From Lama glama (taxonomy: Eukaryota), in the NCBI GenBank assembly GCA_028534125.1, contig CM052818.1, forward strand, positions 38,564,001 through 38,628,000: a stretch of DNA of 64,000 nucleotides, given 5' to 3'. Both the position numbers and the translations under genes were made by a program. Of the stretch, positions 59,761 through 64,000 are shown piece by piece. The notes beneath the pieces are model-generated. The model did not search any database. It was given only the letters and a program-made list of their open reading frames with translations, and was not told the origin of the DNA. The first letter of the stretch is position 1; every line of letters starts with the position of its first letter.

Positions 59761-61029
59761 CTATCACGAGGATGCCCCAAGCTGCCCACTTCATGTTTAC
59801 ACTCTTGCTGAAAAGCAGCATTTTTATACTTCTCAGAGGTGATGAGAATATACTAATGTGAACATATCTGGCTCAAGAGTGGCTCCTCCCAGCAACTTGG
59901 AAATACATCCTTCTTACACTCTCAGATCTGCTTGGAGCCTTTGGTCAATTTCCCACACTAATCTGGATAGCCTAACCAGTAACTTCTTTCATTCAACTCT
60001 ACCAGAGAGTCCTCCTGGTTACAAGAATAGATGCAAAGAAAGATGCCCCAGGTGACCTGGGTGGGCTTCAAGGCACATTTGCTGTGTAATATACCCTCTG
60101 GGGAAGTTGGCCTGGACCATCAGCACCTTGGAGAGCTCTGGCTCTGACCTCTGTTGGGGAGCTAACTGGACCACAGTTCCGGATTCTTCTGTGGGTGGTG
60201 GCAGGGAAGGAGAGGGTTGATGTTGAACACCTCTTTAACTGGATACCCAGTCCCATGATTTCAGGGATCTGAAAAATATGAATGGCCCTGAAGTCAACCC
60301 AGACTTGGGTTTCAGGGGCTACACCTCTGCTCAGATGGTCCACAAGAGGTTGGTGGTTATGATCCTGAGTCATGGCTCAGCCAGTTTAACACTGAAGTTT
60401 AGTGCTCCTCAGGGTTCTGTGCTCAGACGGCAGAGGATTCAGTAGCTTTCACAATTTCATTTCAGGTGAATTTCCAATGAAAATACAAGTCACCTTCAAA
60501 ACTTGCCCCATCTTTCTGGACTACTTCTATTTGTGCTTTGTTTGGTGGAGCCCACCCTGCTGTTCTCATTGTGCATTTTCCAGCATCCTCTGCCTCAGCA
60601 CCATAGGATGAACTAGGCAGCAAGGACTTCAGGGATGTGGAGGCTTCAGCTGACTCCTGGCTCAATGTGGCAGGGCCTTACCCATTTGGGAGGAGGTGTT
60701 GCCTCTGGTCACATGCTCAGGGGACTCTGAGATTAATATGCTGGGTTTGTATCCATAGCTGCTCTTCTTTCTTCCTATTTGACCAGAAGCCTCTAAGGCT
60801 GGACTAGATGGAGTGGACCTCCACGTAAAGACAGCTATGTCTGTGCAGTCACAGAAACGGTCTCTGCCCTCTGGAGTTAACACAACTGCTCCTCCACTCG
60901 CCTTTGCTCCCCCAGACCTGGCCCTGTGCTGCTGCAGCCCTCACCAACCTGCCGTCTCTGTGTGACAGCTTCCTGAGCCCCTGCAGCTGAGACATCGCAG
61001 TCTCTGATTTGTTTACAACGTGTTGCACA

Positions 61030-61180
61030 TTCTTCAGTGTCCCATCCAGTTTTCACAACAGCACAGAGATATAGATGTGCTTTTTTTTTATCCCTGTTTA
61101 CAAATGAGAAAACCATGGAGAGGTTTGGTGACTTGTCTAGACACCCAGGGCTCCTGACTCCAGTTAATTGCTCTTTATAC
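61030..61180 (-). mobile_element. MIR SINE
   Basis: TATCCCTGTTTACAAATGAGAAAACCATGGAGAGGTTTGGTGACTTGTC. Confidence 0.7.
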
Positions 61181-64000
61181 TTTCTTAAAAACTGCCATCA
61201 GACCAGGACCCCACCATAGCGCCCTGAAACACTACAGCGTGGGCTTGTAAGGCTGCCAGTGAAAAAGTAAAAAGAAACAAAACTACTTTTTGAAGACTAT
61301 ACTCATCTGCTTGAGGTTTGTCAAGTCCATCTGTTACTCTCTGCCTCCAGGGCACAAGCTAAAACTCAGGTCACTGGAAGCTTGTCAACAGCTTCTTCTG
61401 AGGTTCTTGAGATTTCCTGGGGATATTTCCACCCCCTCACTCATGAAGGTCAACAAAGGCTCTCAGAGAATAAGCCATCTTTTTTAACAAAAACTCACTG
61501 GCAAACATTTTGACCCTCGTTTATTTTGTCAACCTTGCCTTTAACTCTTCACGTACAACCTCTTCAGAAAGATTTGAATCCAATAAATAGAGAGACTTTC
61601 AGCTTTGCCCTCATCTCCAAATGCCTGAGAGACATGGCCATACCGGGAAGATGTTCCTAATTAGCCCAGGAAATTTTATGGCATCAGGGGTCCATCACCT
61701 ACAGCTGTGATCAGCAGCGGCCGTAATGGTGCCCGGGTTGGTCTCAAAGGATAACATTTTCCTTTAAGTTTGATTGCAGCACATCACTCTGTGTTCTATC
61801 TTTAGCCATAGTGGACCAGCCAAAACTCAAGGCCACATGGGTACCCTCATACTGAAGACCAATCAGTTTACATTCCTCTCACTCTCTTCCTTCCTGGGTC
61901 CCTGCATCTGAGTCAAATGTAACACCATTCAGAAGTAGCAAAAATGTTTTATATACAGACACACCTTACTATCTAACAAGGAAAAAAAGATTTGTTTTTG
62001 TTTGATTACTCCTGAGATCCCATTAGAATTTTGCCTTCATAATAGATGTGGTCTTGGAGGTGTGAAGGTAAATCATTTTCTGTGCATGTGACTCAAATCC
62101 TTTTTGAAATTTGCTCCTTAAAAAAGCTCACCTCTGAGCCTTTTTACAAAGAGAGAATCTCTGTTTCAAGTTGAAGAATTAACTGTCACCTTTATTAGTT
62201 AAGAATAGTCAGACCTAGAGAGATCCTTGTCCCAAGGGGCAGAAAACAGTCTCACCTCAAAATGCCCCACAGGATTGAGCTCTTTCTCCCCCTGCTTTTT
62301 CCTGGGGCAAAGCAAGTCAGGAAGCCTAGTCTACCTGAGGATCTCAAACTTCTCTTTATCATTTCTCTCACTCTTCTGAGTGATTCTGTCCTATGATTCC
62401 AGCCTCTCAGGGCCCTCATGCTTCCCATTCCTGTAGAAATGTCTGTTCTCAAGGAATGCAGGCCACTCTCCCCAACAGGATGATTAGACCCTTATCTCCC
62501 TATTCTGGGGTATCAGCATCCTTAACCTCAATTCCAGGGTAAGAGAGTCTCTGTCTCCTGTTTCAAGTTCTCTTGGATGAGCAGGTGGAGAAAGGATGCT
62601 GCGGACAGATGAGTCTGGTGGGGACCATTAGCCTACTTTCCCAATAGGCAAGAACAACCCCAGAAAGAGCTGTCTTAAGAGGAGTCACCCTTAAAATGCT
62701 CCCTGGAATTGGGTGCTGAGCACCTGCCAGACAGAATCTAAGGTGAGGAATGCAAGGTTGAAGAAGAGACTGTAGCAGCTTCAAGTATCCAACACACTTC
62801 AGAACAAGGCTGTTTCTCGCCTTCTTGGGTGAAGAGTGGGAATTTCAAGTTCCCTCTGTGACTCCCATGCTCTCGTCGTGGCTCGCTGGGCAGGTGCCCT
62901 CCACGAGCTGGGGTTTCACAGAGGTCCCTCCCACAGCCCGTGGGAGACCCGCTCGGCCAGGAAAAGCAGGGAGTTGGGAAAGGAAGCTGCACAGCTCTTG
63001 ACACTCAACTCGAACACTTAGAAAATGACCCATCGTCTTTGCCTTAAACTTTTCCATACGCTCCACATTATTAGAATTTCTCCTTAACTACACAAATCAT
63101 CCTCAGGATCCGGGACAGCTGTACGAGAAAACGTTTTGTTCCCCACCCTTTCCCTTGAGTTCTTATAATGAAAGTGCTTAGTTAACGCAAATTACCAGCT
63201 TTGCCTTTTACTTTTCTGACAGATGAACAAACATAGAATCATCATTACGATACAGGCTGGCTAGCCAAATCCACTTCAATTATCTATCACCAGGGCAGAA
63301 GTCTCCTGGTGAGACAGGAAGAGATGGAGGGAGATTTCCGGGTTGTGCTGTTAATTCCAGCAAGCAGCCTGTTTCCTGCTCGTCACTGGAATATAAGGAG
63401 GCCTCGAATAAAAATCAAACTATAGAGTTGGGATATCTGACTTATTAAAAAGCAAATAACTACAGAAACACTTTTTTACTAGTACAAATTAGGAAGGAGA
63501 GGTAGAGGATACAGCTGGAAAACCCCAGGCGTGAGATGCAGGAGACCTAAGTTCCCACCCCAGCCTGGTGCCGATTCCCCGTGTGGCCTTGCCATGGCCT
63601 TGCCACATTCCAGGCCTCCTCTGCTGCCCTATCTGGGATGGAGAGGGGTGACTTCAGCGATTTCCCATCACACACTCTGGGCCCTACAACCCCAAAAAGT
63701 TACTTTATGGGCTTCAGAAATGTTTTATTTCAAAATTGTGTATTTAAAAATATTTCTAGCCATCGATGAAAGTGTGATTTTAAAAACAAGGATAGCCATT
63801 TTTAACCCCGTGCAGACTGATGATAACTTACGTGACCAGGCTAACTCAGTTCTGTGGCAGTCTCAAAACAGAGCCCTCCCCCCCGCCACCACCTGTCTGA
63901 TTAATTGAAGGACATGAAAGACAAACTGTTATAAAATAGCAATCACTTGAATCTATTCATCACTGTGAGCAAGGATTTTCTCCAGACTGTGAAAACAAAA

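Noticed and set aside
1-64000. CRISPR arrays, operons, prophage or other prokaryotic systems
   Set aside because: No regularly spaced repeats and no gene-dense ORFs; the repeat content is clearly eutherian.

Overview
This is mammalian non-coding DNA of about 50% GC, not prokaryotic sequence. It is most likely camelid (alpaca, llama or camel): the only young SINE is a tRNA-Ala(AGC)-derived Vic-1-type element at 17579-17752, and I see no Alu, B1/B2, BovB/Bov-tA or PRE SINEs. The rest is ancient eutherian repeats (MIR, L2, L1ME, MLT1/MLT2 LTRs, an ERV1-type solo LTR, hAT MITEs MER20/MER58/MER63/MER91), microsatellites, nine N-runs and unique sequence with enhancer-like motif clusters and one strong CTCF site. 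I cannot recognise any intact protein-coding gene, and the supplied ORFs look like chance or N-inflated ORFs. The most interesting but weak signal is a series of minus-strand exon-like segments with good splice sites (about 31.9 kb down to 7.9 kb). It includes a 756-nt segment with in-frame stops and could be a decayed gene or spliced lncRNA, but it is not clearly above pseudo-exon background. I found no convincing novel biological system. Repeat subfamily names come from recall of consensus sequences, and old-repeat boundaries are approximate.
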